Source: the human T2T-CHM13v2.0 reference genome, Homo sapiens. From it: a stretch of DNA of 64,000 bases. Positions 13,894 through 26,420 of this stretch are shown in pieces. Below the pieces are notes generated by a model. The model was not told the DNA's origin. It ran no database searches and worked only from the letters and a program-made list of their open reading frames with translations. The translations under genes and the position numbers were made by a program. Each line of letters begins with the position of its first letter. The first letter of the stretch is position 1. The stretch lies in the NCBI RefSeq assembly GCF_009914755.1, contig NC_060940.1. The stretch is one strand, 5' to 3'.

Positions 13894-16800
13894 CTGGCAG
13901 GCAGATATGGTGCAGGCACATCCCCTTGATGCAAGCTTTCTTAGTGATAGTTTGTAATCTGGTTTGCTCTTTGTCCTAGGGGCCACAGTCTTTGGGATCT
14001 TAGGTAAAATCTGTGCTGATTACAAGGTTCTTTTTCCCCTGGAGTCCCCAAAAGTTTATACTTCTTCCTCATCATCCCTTCTAGTTTCTGCTTAGCCCTT
14101 CAGACTCTCGGTTGCAGCATTTTAGGTTTTTCTCTTGATATCTAATGTGATACCCGCACAGCTTAGTATGAGCAAAAGTCTTCTGCGGAAATTATATCCA
14201 GATCAGATGGTTCCTCATCTCTAGGCCTTGTTCCTTTAAGTTCTGATCACAAAGCAGTTCAGAATTACTTTTTTCTCTGCACCCCATGACAGTACAGCAA
14301 GTCTTAGGCCCTTGGTTTATGCTGGACCACATACCCTGGCCTAAGAATTAGAAAATAACACAAGGTGAAATCCTGAGGTCAATGCAACATTCACCTCAGC
14401 GTACTTCCTTTCTCACAAGTTCTTGACCACTAGTATTCTGGCCGCCTTCCCTCTTCTCCAATGCCTTAAACAGTCATTTTACTTATTATTTCCATCTTAG
14501 ACAGATATTCTCAGGAAAAAGTTTAGTCTGATACAAGCTTCCCGGTCATAGAAGTGAAAGTCGGCCTTATTAATTTCAGAGTTCAGATGGAAATGTTTTA
14601 TCCTTTCTTATGAGAGGTTCCCAAGTGAAGGAAAGGGTTAATTTTAGAAGCAGTCATTATTAGAGTTAACTGATAGGAAAAAACTAACATTTTATGAAAT
14701 AGTTTCAAAAAATATATAAATCTGAAATTTGCTTTAATCCCTATCACAATGGCAAAAAAACCCTACATTTTTAATTAGCATCTAAATGTATAATTAATCA
14801 ACAAGCAAAGCCTATGATTTCTAACACCTATATTTCTTCTGGTTGGAAAAGGCTCAAGTCTATACTCTGTATGCAACAAATTAAAAAAGAGAGAGAGAGA
14901 TTTATATATGTGGAAAAAGAATTTCCAGGTATAATTTCATTCAAAGAGGAGCATTAGAAACATAGATGCCTAGGAGAAATAATTTTCCATTTTCAGTGAA
15001 CAGAGGTTTTTCACAATAATTTGGTAAGGTAGGATAATCCAAATAATCTGTGTTTATCAAATTATTGCTTTATATTTGACAATAGATTTTGAAATCTATG
15101 TGATTATGTCAAACCTTACAACAATGACCACACTTTCCAGATATCTTAAATATTAAAAAAATCTGTCACAACAGGATTTATGTCACTGATAAAGTTCACA
15201 GAAGTGACTTTTTCTAACCGTTGCCTCTAACTTTAACATACTTTTGGACAAAGCAGAATTAGATCAAAGCACATATTAAATACCTGCTTTATGCATAGTT
15301 TTTTTCTAGGTACACAAGGACTTTACAACTTGGCTGGGGAGATGAGAGTATCACCTTTTAAAAGATGGCAGATTTGTACCATTAATAAACTTTGAGTATA
15401 GTTTCAATGCTGCTCTATGTTGGCTGCATGATAGTGTAATAATCACCATTTCTGGGTTACTTTCTGTTAGATAAGGAGGTTAGGTTAGAAGATTAGCAAG
15501 ATTCCTGCAAGTGCTGACATTCTGTTGTGCAATGGCAATGCGGCAAAAATTAAAAGCTAAAGTACTGAACTTGAACTTAAACTAGGAATTCAGAGAGTAG
15601 AAAGAATGATGTCTGCTTAAACAGCAGGGGAGGAAATGATTAAAGGTGTGTGACCAAGGATTTCAGGTGACTGCAAAATATTTAGTGCTTGGATTTATAA
15701 CCAAGCCCAACTTTTATCCGGTAAGCCCCTTTTAGCTGGTAATCACCTTTCTTTTTTTATTTTATGTGACAACTGTGATGCTAATCTGAGCCACTTTCAG
15801 TCAAATTGATTGATGCTTCCATTAATTGGCTTACTGTTTATTATTAGGCTCAGGTATCATAGAAATGTAAAATATGTGTTTCATTGCAGAATAAAACAAA
15901 GGTGTTTTAACCCACAATTATTTTCGAGAGTAAAATTTCTAATATTTTCATGATATTTGATATTTTATAAATATCGAGTATTTTCCTGACTAATGAACGG
16001 TTTCTAGCACCAATATCGATCACTGCTAGCTGGAAAGTATGATGCTTTTTTTTCAATGATTCACAGATGTGGAAGAGTTCTGGTTAAGCATTCTACTTGA
16101 TTTACTGTGGCTGGACTCAACAATTGTGTGACTCTCCACTTGCAATCAGGTAGCAGCATGTGGAAGGAGCTACCAAGTGTGGCAAATAATGTTTGCTACC
16201 AACAGCTGCTCATCATTTTCTTTGACAGATTCGGTTCATGATTAGAGACTATAGCAACATTCCCCATCGTGTTGAGCTACGAATTCATAAAAATAGCTGC
16301 CATTGGTAAAAATTTTAAGTGTCAAATAGCTATTTACTTTCAGACCTGGGGAAAAATGCACAAACTGTAGTGATATTAATAAAAGAAACAGATACATTTC
16401 GTGGGTTTTGATCACATATTTCTATAGAACAGAGGAATTCATGTGGTTGAAGAAAGATGTGAGATTTTATTTTTGTCCCTTCACTTTCCTACAAGTAAAA
16501 TGTCCCAGTAATCGAATAATATGTTTTGTCTATGCTAAGACCATTTCAGTATCACGTGGATAGTAGTTGAACTCAGACACTAAAAATTTTTTTTGTGTCC
16601 AACTTTTTGTATCTAACTTGTTCCCTCCAAAATTTTTTTTGTAAACAGAATCTTCTCTTGGTTATTGTTGAATTATTTTAAAAGAAATTTTCACCAATTA
16701 TAACCATATTACAGTCCTAGTATGTATTTTTTTACTCTTACTGCTAGGTTGGTCATTGTTGATTGACGGGTACAATATTGGCCAGGTAGTGGGGAAAAAA

Positions 16801-17074
16801 GCAAGTGACAGAAAGAAGAAAGCACGATGTTAATTAAATCTTAAATAAAAAAACTTGGTTTCTGTTGACAAAAGGAGTAGAATGAGCTCTCTCTCTTTGT
16901 GGCAAATCATAAAACCAAGAATCATGGCTTTTCTATCAATCCAATGTGAAAACTTCAACAATTCGTGTTGTTTCAGAGTTTCAGACTGTAGGTAAAATGA
17001 GTAAATGGAAAGGAACATCTACAAGATTTCTTGCAAACATTAATAGCTGATACTGATGTTAGCAAGAACACTAT

Positions 17075-17579
17075 TGTCAGGGCAGAATCTTCAGAAAAAA
17101 AAGACTCCTACACGAAATATGGTAAATGCACCTGATAGCAATAACTTAAGTATACCCTGAGAATGACCCTGCAGGGCAGATGTACCTAAATATGTGCTCT
17201 GAGCTAGGGAATCCAGGAGAGGCCAGCCCCGAGATTCGTTCCTTGTCTATGAGGAACACCTGATCCCCTGGGCCTTGCGTTAGAACACAGGGCCATACAG
17301 GGGATGGAAGTGCTGAGTTTTGGGTTAAAATGAAGGTTGCCAGGTGGAGGCTGTTATGGGGGCGTGGGATGGGGGAACTAAGTGAAAAAGCTATATAAAC
17401 CGCATGCCGTTTGTAAGCATTTGCGGGTTTCTCTGCTCTGCCCGCCTCCATTGGGTTCTTCTCTTTTGTTAAGCTTTCACGTAAAACTGGGTCTTGTTTG
17501 TTAGCTTTGGGTCTCTTTTTTCGGTCTCTTAAACTTGGTGTTATCCCTGGTGGAGGTGATAGGGGTTTAGTAGACCACA
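17075..17579 (+). mobile_element. ERV solo LTR (LTR47-like / ERVL class, subfamily tentative)
   Basis: TG...CA ends, about 505 bp; gatagcaataacttaagtataccctgagaatgaccctg...gagattcgttccttgtctatgaggaac; TATA-like ctatataaac at 17391-17400. Confidence 0.8.
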
Positions 17580-18088
17580 CTAGTAAAAGAAGTATATATA
17601 GAAAAAGGAAGTAAAACTCTAAGAAGATTGCTAGATGTTGGAATCCTAAAAAGAATTAGGTTTGTCAGAAGTTATATACTAGAAACAATACAATACTTGA
17701 ACGTTAAATTTTGACTTTCATAATACAAATGAAATTTGAAGATCAGATGAGTAAACTGACCAGCGTTAAAACAGGGAGTGTGAAGATTGCCAGAGTAAAA
17801 TCGAGAATCGCCACCCCCTAGGGAAGACACAGCTTCCAATGCATTACGTATCTAACCTCCAGAGCGTCATTCTCCAGTTGTCAGTGTTAATGTTACAGGT
17901 TATTGTTCTTCCTAGTATGGGAGATTAGAAGTTTCTCTCTAACCTCTAATTCAAATATTCATGGAGCACATAAGTACTATTCTAGACAAGGGACGATATT
18001 AGGGATGATGAAACACCTTAAGAAGCACCCTAAACAAATACTACATCCAAACACAATCTGTAGATAAAATCCCAGATTTCTATTGTAC

Positions 18089-18805
18089 TGAGGCAGGAAA
18101 ATAAGGTCCGGAGGCAGGGAACTAAAGGCCAATTAGTGCTGAATTTCCAAAGCTGGATCAAAAGGAAAACACCTGGGTCTCTAGGCAGGGGACTTAGCAC
18201 CAATTAACACCAAAGCTAAATCAAAAGAAACTTCTCTCTCCCCCTGGCCTGTTGAAAAAGCAAAAAACCAAAGTTATTCTCTCTATAACTCTCCCGTTTC
18301 AACTATGTCTCAGATGGAAAGTGACTTGGATTGGCCACGGACCACACATAGGCTATTGCTTTATCATTATAGGGCACCGGTTCATCTCAGCCTCTTAGGA
18401 GCCACAAAACAAATCGCTCGTCCACATAAGTGGTAGTCGATAGGGACCTTTAAAGGAGTATTTAAAATCTGGAGAACTTTGTACCCAGGTTCTTGGGCGG
18501 CTTGCTTGGGTCCACTCCTGCCCTGTGGAGTGCTTTCCTTCTTAAATCCTTGCTTCGGCCGCTTCCTCCGATGTCATTCCTTGTTACTTTGTTTTTTTTT
18601 TTCTTTGAGATGGAGTTTCACTCTGGCTCAGGCCGGAGTGCAGCAGAACGATCTGAACTGACTGCAACCTCTGTCTCCCTGGTTCAAGCGATTTTCCTAC
18701 CTCAGGACCCTCAAATAGCTGGGTCTGTAGGCATATACCACTACATTCTTTGTTCCAAACGCCAAGAACGCAGACAACTCGCTGAAGGCCTTCCTTCCCG
18801 TAACA
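18089..18805 (+). mobile_element. MER51-family ERV1 solo LTR with an Alu fragment in its 3' part
   Basis: Starts tgaggcaggaaaataaggtccggaggcaggga and ends ttctttgttccaaacgccaagaac...gtaaca; 4-bp TSD GTAC/GTAT at 18085-18088 and 18806-18809. Confidence 0.88.
18592..18744 (-). mobile_element. Alu right monomer (5'-truncated, highly diverged) inside MER51
   Basis: T-tract, then gagatggagtttcactct...actgcaacctctgtctccctggttcaagcgatt. Confidence 0.88.
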
Positions 18806-19773
18806 GTATGAGGAAAGCATCTTAATAGCTTACTTATCTATCTTATATCAGCAAACAAATGTGGACAACACTAACGCTTTTACATGATTTAAACAATTTT
18901 GCAAATAGGTGTTTGAAACAGGGCATATCTGCTCTGCTTAAATACTGAGAAGTTATTTATCTTAACTCTATAGTGAGTTCATACAGAATTGAATTCGTCT
19001 GCTTAATCATTCTAAGAAACATTGACTTATCAGTACAATACTTAACTTTGTCAAGTTTCAAAGATACCCATTTATATGCCTTTAGTTTTTATAGAGACAA
19101 GATGGCACCAAAGAAATCAATTGTTTAATATGCTGCTGTATAACATAGAAAACCTGTGGGTAACAGATAAAGGTAGTGAAAATACTAAGTTTTGAAGCTT
19201 TATATTCAGTGCTTCCCCCTGCCCCGCCGCCCCAATTCTTACATTAAATGAATACTTTACCCAACTTCGGGAGATGTCAACTTTTGTAATTCTCGTAATG
19301 GCTGACTGAATAAGAAATAAAAAATGGAGTGCATTTTTAAAAAAAACTTTTCCAGCAGTAGACAAGCATTATGGGTCACCTTAGGACTTAATAACTGTAC
19401 AAAACCAAATGAAGGATTGCTTGGGAAAAAGGTATTTAGATGCTAAAACAATTGAAGTCACTTGATAAATACAAACAAAACATACTTTGTAAACAACACA
19501 CTAAATTAAATAAGTTGATTGTTGAGCCTTAAGGCTAATGTCTACGGAACTCCAAATACGTATGAAATTAAAAGCGTGTCAAATTTGATCATTCCATCTC
19601 CCTCAAAGCCTGTCAGCTGTGATTGACCAGTATCAGAATGTATGACTTGAATTCACATTCAGATGTGCTGAATTTACCTTCAGCGTCTCTTAATCTTGCC
19701 GAAGCTTCTCAAATTGAGAAAAAAGTTCAAGTGACATTTTTCTTCGTGTTTTGGGCTTTTTTTTCTAATAACT

Positions 19774-20035
19774 TAAGTTCAGGGGGTATATGTTAGGTAC
19801 AGGTCTTGCTACATGGATGAATAGTGCGTCACTGGGGTTTGGGGTACAAATTATTCTATCATCCAGGTAATAAGCGTAGTATCTGATAAGTAGCTTTTAA
19901 ATCCTCACCCACCCTCCACTCACAACCTAACCCCCAGTGATCATTGTTCCCTTCCTTGTGTTCACGTATACTCAGTGTTTAGCTCCCACTTATAACTGAG
20001 AACATACAGTATTTGGTTTTCTGTTCCTGCATTAA
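19774..20035 (-). mobile_element. L1PA15/16-like 3' fragment
   Basis: gttcagggggta...tttagctcccacttataactgagaacatacagtatttggttttctgttcctgcattaatt; flanked by 13-bp direct repeat TTTTCTAATAACT. Confidence 0.9.
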
Positions 20036-20229
20036 TTTTCTAATAACTCACCAACGCTATTTTTCCATTCACAAGTGACAGCTTTGGCAATTGTTTTTTT
20101 CACTCAACCACAGGCCACTTTTCCGGAATCTGATAAAATTATGCTAACCCCTTTTTCCAGGTTTTGTTAACCAAGTCTCTTAACAGTTTTCCCCACCCCC
20201 CCAACCCCCCACCGCCCCCGGTTCTGGCT

Positions 20230-20739
20230 AACACTGACCTTACCAACTTTTCACCTACTTCTCAATACCACATATCTTGGGTTTTTACTATGGTAGCATC
20301 CCACATCCCCATCAAAAGTTAGCATTTTGAAGCAATGCCTTGTTGGTGTGCTAAATCTGTGAGCCAGTTGGGTGGTTCTGTGGTCTCTGCTGGATTACTC
20401 TCATCTGTTGACAGGGACTCCAAGTGAAGTAGTCAGCGTGCTCCTTCTCGGCTTTGTTTAGCTACAGGCTGTATACTGCTCCTTTGAATTCTTCCTGCAA
20501 CAGGCTAGCTAAGGCTCTTAAGGGGACAGAGGGGTTCTGAGTGAGTCTTTTTTTTTTTTTTTTTCTCAAATTTCCTGTGACTTCTATTTGTTACAGCAAG
20601 TCATAAGACCAGCCCAGATTCGAGCAATGGGTAAATAATTGAACTTCACAAGAGGGGGAAGAGCTGCAAAAACGCACTGAAAAAGGATGTGTAGATAAAG
20701 GAAAGGGAATGTTTATAGCTGCTTTCTCACTCTACTACG
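20230..20739 (-). mobile_element. MLT1 (F/G/H-like) LTR with a short adjacent internal segment
   Basis: agcaagtcataagaccagcccagattcgag...gaagagctgcaaa; ccacatatcttgggtttttactatggtagcatcccac resembles the MLT internal boundary. Confidence 0.65.
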
Positions 20740-20759
20740 GCAGGAGTGTCTTATTTACC

Positions 20760-21050
20760 CAGCAAATTATATATAAACGACTGTATATATGAAGTCTTAG
20801 AATTCAACTGTGAGCGTGACAGACAAAACCTGTTTTCTTGGAGACCACGTTCTAGTAGGCGGAGCTAGAGCATAAACAAGGATAAACCAATAGGATCATC
20901 AGAATAACTGCTATGGAAAAAATTAATGTAATAAGATAGGATGCCCTTTTAGAGCTTGTTTCTGAGCTGAGAGCTGAAATAACGTGAACTAGCCAGAGAC
21001 AAGCTAGCAGATTCAAAAGCCTTTTATCGGTGCAAAGCTTGCCATCATAG
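20760..21050 (-). mobile_element. L2 fragment
   Basis: gacagacaaaacctg...ttctagtagg...tctgagctgagagctgaa. Confidence 0.55.
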
Positions 21051-22134
21051 TACTGCAGGAAGGCTAATAGACTGGGCTGTACAACATAACCAAAAGAAAA
21101 GAGTTCAGGTAAACTATTTTTCCCCACGATTTCCAACAGTCTGTTACCTATTTGCTGCTGTAATTAACTCAAAGAGCCTGTATCGACCCTATACTGTGAA
21201 AGATGGGTCTTGAATAATCAAATGCACAATGTTGGCAAGTGTTTTATATAATTGCTAAGTGTGAATTATACTAAACATATCTAGTTCACTCTATGTAGTT
21301 TGGCTGTATAGAATGTATATGGATTCCTTTTCATACTTTGTAAAAGAATGAGTGAAAACATGACTAACTTTAATTCCATCTGCAGGAGGTGACTAACTGC
21401 TGTTATTCAAGTTTTTTTAGCATTACTCTAAAGTATGCCTCCTATAATATTCTCACAAATAATCCTAAATCATAAAATTAGTTTCCCATGTCTATCTTTA
21501 CAGTTCATTATAATAAAATTAACACAAAAAATAGCAAACTTTCTGAGATTTTTAACCTGCAGTAAGCAAACCAGCATCCAAATCTCTTCAGCCAGGTGTG
21601 GGTAGCATGTGGCTGCCTTTAATAAATCTGCTTTCTGTTAAATAATTCTCATTTCTATTCCCTGAGGTCCCTTTGGTAAGCTCTCACCCTGTTTTCTGAG
21701 CTGAAATCATACCAATGTTAGGGAAATAGCACTTCTGCCTTTTTGCTGAACAATGAAAGATTTCCCGTGAAAAACGATATCAAATAAGCTGGAGGCTTGT
21801 ATTTTAAATATCCACAAATGACAAATGTTTGTCTTTCGGGTTTAAAACTTGGGAATGTACACATAGATTGTCACGAGTGCTCTACTTAAATCAGTTTGCC
21901 AGGAAACTTTAAAAGCTCATCTCTTCAAAGAGTTAGCAAAAGTTTTAAAACTTATGTTTGGGTACAAGCAGTCAACTTACAATTAAGCCAGCAAACACAA
22001 GTGCTTGTCTCCCTTGACACCTAACACCATGGGCATAATTTCGTTTACTACGGAAACTTGATCACAGTATATATTTTAGATTTGGGTACCTTTTTTCTGC
22101 ATTCCTGAAAACCCTATTTATATGAACTTTAGCT

Positions 22135-22292
22135 CGTTAGTTCTCAACCTTGGCTGATACTAAAATCACCTGGGCAGCTCAGACATAGCTATGCAGAAAT
22201 TTTCCCTCATTTGATTTAATTGGTATAAGCTGAGGCCATTGATAAGTTTTAAAATGCCTGGATCTGTTGTTCAGACCAACTGGAGAACTAGT
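22135..22292. mobile_element. MER5B-like hAT DNA transposon relic
   Basis: gttctcaaccttggctg...aaaatcacctgggcagct...tgatttaattggt...ggagaactag. Confidence 0.7.
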
Positions 22293-23130
22293 CATTCAAT
22301 AAATTCTACTTTAAATTGCATTTAATATCGTAGTGACATTAACATTTCTGGATGTACTGACACATTTTGAATCAACATTGATTGTGTGCCCACATCTTTA
22401 ATAATGGGTTATTAACAAGTTGGGGTATGTGAGCTAAGTAACCACATGAGAAAAATGTAAAGGCATTGTATGCTAGGATGTGCTTTGCATAGAAATTGCT
22501 TCAACTAATCATATTTTAAGAGTGTAATTAGCAGCCTGGGGAAAAACAAAGATAGCTCCAGGTTCTGTTGTAGCATCTTCAGGCCTTAATTTCTTTAGTT
22601 TGGAAAATCTGAATAAATGTGTGCCCCTTTGGGATTGGCCAAATCAGATAGTGACATTTTATTATTCAGCACCTTTGAGTTGTAAATACTAAATGTTCCA
22701 ACTAAAGGACATGGTATGCAAATTAGGATAAGTTTGTTTTTTAAATCTTCCATCTAGATCATGAGAAGTCATCTTTGTTGGTTTTTATGTAGGCTAATTA
22801 GATTTTTCATCAGTTAGCAGAAGGTGTGTACCTATTACATACGTGTGCATGTACACAAGTGATAGCTCAATTTATACTGAGCTCCTGTATTGTTGGGTAC
22901 CCCTAAGATGTGTCCACTGAAAAGCTCATACTACAGTGCCTCCAGTCCATGACGGCATTGATTGCAAGGTGAACAATTCTTATATGTGCTGCAAAGAAAA
23001 AGAAGCTTCTGATTTACAGTACTGTGATCCCTATTAAAAAGGGCTTAGAATTAGGGGAAACCTTAAAATGTATCAAACACTTAGTATGCAACAGGCATCG
23101 TCAAATCCTAAAACTCACAATATCACACAT

Positions 23131-23255
23131 ATTATTCCTAATCTACGTATGGGGAGAATTAGGTTTAGGGAAGTTTGATTCACTTCCCCAAGGTCACAAA
23201 ACAGTGAGATACTAAGATTCAGGATCTCCTCTCTTAACGACCCAGCACGCTACTA
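23131..23255 (-). mobile_element. MIR fragment
   Basis: gtttagggaagtttgattcacttccccaaggtcacaaaacagt (MIR core). Confidence 0.65.
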
Positions 23256-24251
23256 CTTAAGATCTACTCTAAAAATAACTATTTTCAAAACAACATGCAC
23301 AAAATTTTGTATAGTGTTTCACAGTACCCCAAAAGAATACTTAGACTGAGTTCTTAGAAAACATTGTGGAGCAGATAAGATTTTAGGTACCTAAAGATAG
23401 AGCATTGGTCTGAACATCATGCAAATGTATACTGTTTGCCAATTTGTGTGGGTAACTGAATTACATAAAGAATCTGAGGGTTTTTAGAGTGTAAAATCCT
23501 CTAGATTGTTACTCACCTGGCCCACAGCATAGTTAGAAGACATTGAGTACTGAGCTTATCCAATATACTATTAAGAGGAGTTGGGTGATGGAAACATGTG
23601 CAGTGATGGGAACACATGGATGGTGAGCCTTCTACACCAAGCTTATATTCTGTTGTGGAGGAAGGCATTAAACTTTCCATTAATGACACTTGATCTATGT
23701 ATAACGAAAGATTCTGCCTACCACGTATGGTACCACAACAGCAAATAATGGCGTTGCACGTAACTTTGTCGTTTGTCATTTCCATTGAGGAAGTAACATT
23801 TAAGATGTAATTTTAAGACAAATAAGGAAGTGTCCTCTAATTTGATGGAATATCACATGGTAAAACAGTTGAGAAGTAGGAGGGAAGAAAAGGATTGTAA
23901 CCAGAACATAGAGAAAGTTGTGGATGAGAAAGAGGGAGATGATGTTGGTATGGGCAGGGTCTTTCAGGGATTTCAGACCATTTATTAATCCCGCCATGCA
24001 AATACTTCCCCTGGAAGTACTGGTCCATAATAGAACAGTATCTATGGATCCTAGTGAAATCGCTCATGAAATAAAAATGAAAGCAACGTTAAATGCAGCT
24101 CTGCTTTCTGAATGTTACAGGGATATGATTAGAGTTTGGGATTCATTCACCTTCTCTTGGGTAAAATACCCCATCCCCTGCCTCGCATATTTGGGTATAT
24201 TATTTATTTCTCAACACCTTTTTACAGACTAAGTGCAGTGGCTGTGCGTTT

Positions 24252-24366
24252 ACTTGCTACTATGTTCACTATCCGGGTGACAGGATCATTCATATGTCAA
24301 ACCTCAGCATTACACGACATACCCATGCACATTTACTCCCTGGCTCTAGAAAGATGAAATTAAAAA
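24252..24366 (+). mobile_element. L1PA16/L1PB-like 3' end fragment
   Basis: tactatgttcactatccgggtgacaggatcattcatatgtcaaacctcagcattacacgacatacccatg. Confidence 0.8.
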
Positions 24367-26284
24367 TGAACAATATCTTCATGATGACAAAACACACAAA
24401 AAGGAGAATCCCAGAGTTGTTCAGGCTGCTTTCCAAGAAGTAATGGACACTCACTCCACTCGCTACTGCCGAAACATAGAGAAACTTAAGTTCTCTGTCA
24501 GTGTTCCTAAGTCAGCTGTACCTCCTGACCTGCTGCTTTCCTTGCTCCTCAGGGCTTCTCGAAAGAGAAAGCAGAAGGGAGCTCCACCCTCCAGAGACAG
24601 AGTCGCTGTCCTAAACTACCAGTGTATGTGGCCACATTAATGCCCTGGAGCCCCATGTCTTAGAAATTCTAAAACAATGAACTTCTGAAAGTCATCAAAA
24701 GAAAAAAAAACCCTGAATGTGGCATTTCGATGAATTGTGGCCTTTTTCAAAAGACATCGTAAATTGCAAATAAAGATTTGTAGCTTTTTTAGAGATACCA
24801 ACTGAAAGATCAGTGTGGGTTTTTTTTTTTTTCCTTTGGCCAATCTTAATGAAAACTTGTTTTGCAGAGCAATGGTGTTCCTCTGATTTCATGGTATTTA
24901 TATGAAAGATCATGCCTTTCCCAGGGGTAGTAATTAAATGGCTGGAAAAAATTATAAGGAATTAGTGTTACACAAAGAATATAGCTATGTCTTTCTTTCA
25001 AAATAAACTTGCAACATTTAATACAGCCACTATATGACAAAAACGGGTGAATCAGTGTAGTGGTTAAAATACTTAACGCACAACTTACCTGTGACATGAT
25101 TAAACAGTGAATTAACAATTTGTATGTAGCAGCAAAATGGCTAAAAGGAACAACCACAGATACTGAAATCTAAACAACCTGGTTTTGAATCGAGTCAGCC
25201 TCTCTTGCCCTTTGCCCAGGTAAGTTTGTGGGAAAGTTGGCTTTAATTGCTGTAGTATCGACCTAGTTGTTACTTGAACACTGAATATTGTTGGAGAAAT
25301 GATGTGTTAAAAAGTAGAAATCAATACACCATATGATAATTGTCAAGTAGATAGTGCCATTAGAGGGACATTGTTTTCTCAAAGAATGGTGTTCCTATTT
25401 TGGGTAACTCTTGATAGCAATTAAGGTCCAAACATCTCATGTATTTTAACTTTTTATTTACCTTGATAATGTTCTTTCAAATCCAGTGCAAGTGAAAAGG
25501 CAGACCTAAATATTAGGATGTAGAAAACTTGAACACAACTTCACATGGAAATTATTTCTTGCCTGTAGCATTTTGAGGATTTGAAGTCATTTGAATTCTG
25601 AATTGACATATTTAAAATAACATTGTGGTTAAGAGTGTTTTTTTTTTTTAAACAGCACTTAACTCACATACTTCTATAATGACAACTAAGTGCGACAAAA
25701 ACAAGTGTTTGCATTTTAGTTTTAAGGGAGCTGTACTTCGTGATATGAGTTTAGTGAATGTCTCCAGACTCCCCAGAGGAACTAAAAATAGTAGCTCGTC
25801 ATATCAGTTGACATTTTAATGATACAAAAACATTGGCACCTGATGACTTTATTTTCAAATAAAACTATATTGGGAAATACGGAAAACTTGAATTTTCTAG
25901 GTTATAAATTTGCTTTGAGTTTGCTTATATACCTGGGATATGTATTTTAAGGTAACTAAATTTCCCCTATCAAATGGAACCATTTTGGTTCCTGGTTTAC
26001 AATGGAAGTAGAGTTGACTTATTTAAAACTTAAAAAACAAAGTGTCAAGCTGCCAAAGGCATCTTTAACACACTGGAAAAGAGTAACTGAAATCGGGCAG
26101 AACAAGCAATTCCATGGTTCATCAAATCACTAAACTCTCCTACTTTAAGATTTGTAAACAAAATCTATGATGATCAAGATCTCCTTCTTGTAGATGATGC
26201 ATCGAAGACCACATCTGTTTCTTCAGGATAATTACTGTATTGACACTTAAATCATCTGTTAAAAGCATAAGCTAGTGCCATGAG

Positions 26285-26420
26285 TTAATTCAAGAAAGTA
26301 CAAGTTGAGTGCTTACTATATGGCTCAAAGTGTACCAAGTGCTGGGGGGTATATTTAGGGACCAAGACACAGTCATTGCCCTCACAGAGCATGCGGTCTT
26401 CTAATGTGTTGGGAGCCAAC
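26285..26420 (-). mobile_element. L2 3' end fragment
   Basis: ttgagtgcttactatatg...aagacacagtcattgccctcacagagc. Confidence 0.6.

Noticed and set aside
17146-17580. Longest ORF in the track (144 aa)
   Set aside because: Antisense read-through of a solo LTR with a non-ATG start; no domain recognised
24477-24495. Near-palindrome agagaaacttaagttctct
   Set aside because: Short and isolated; expected by chance in 64 kb
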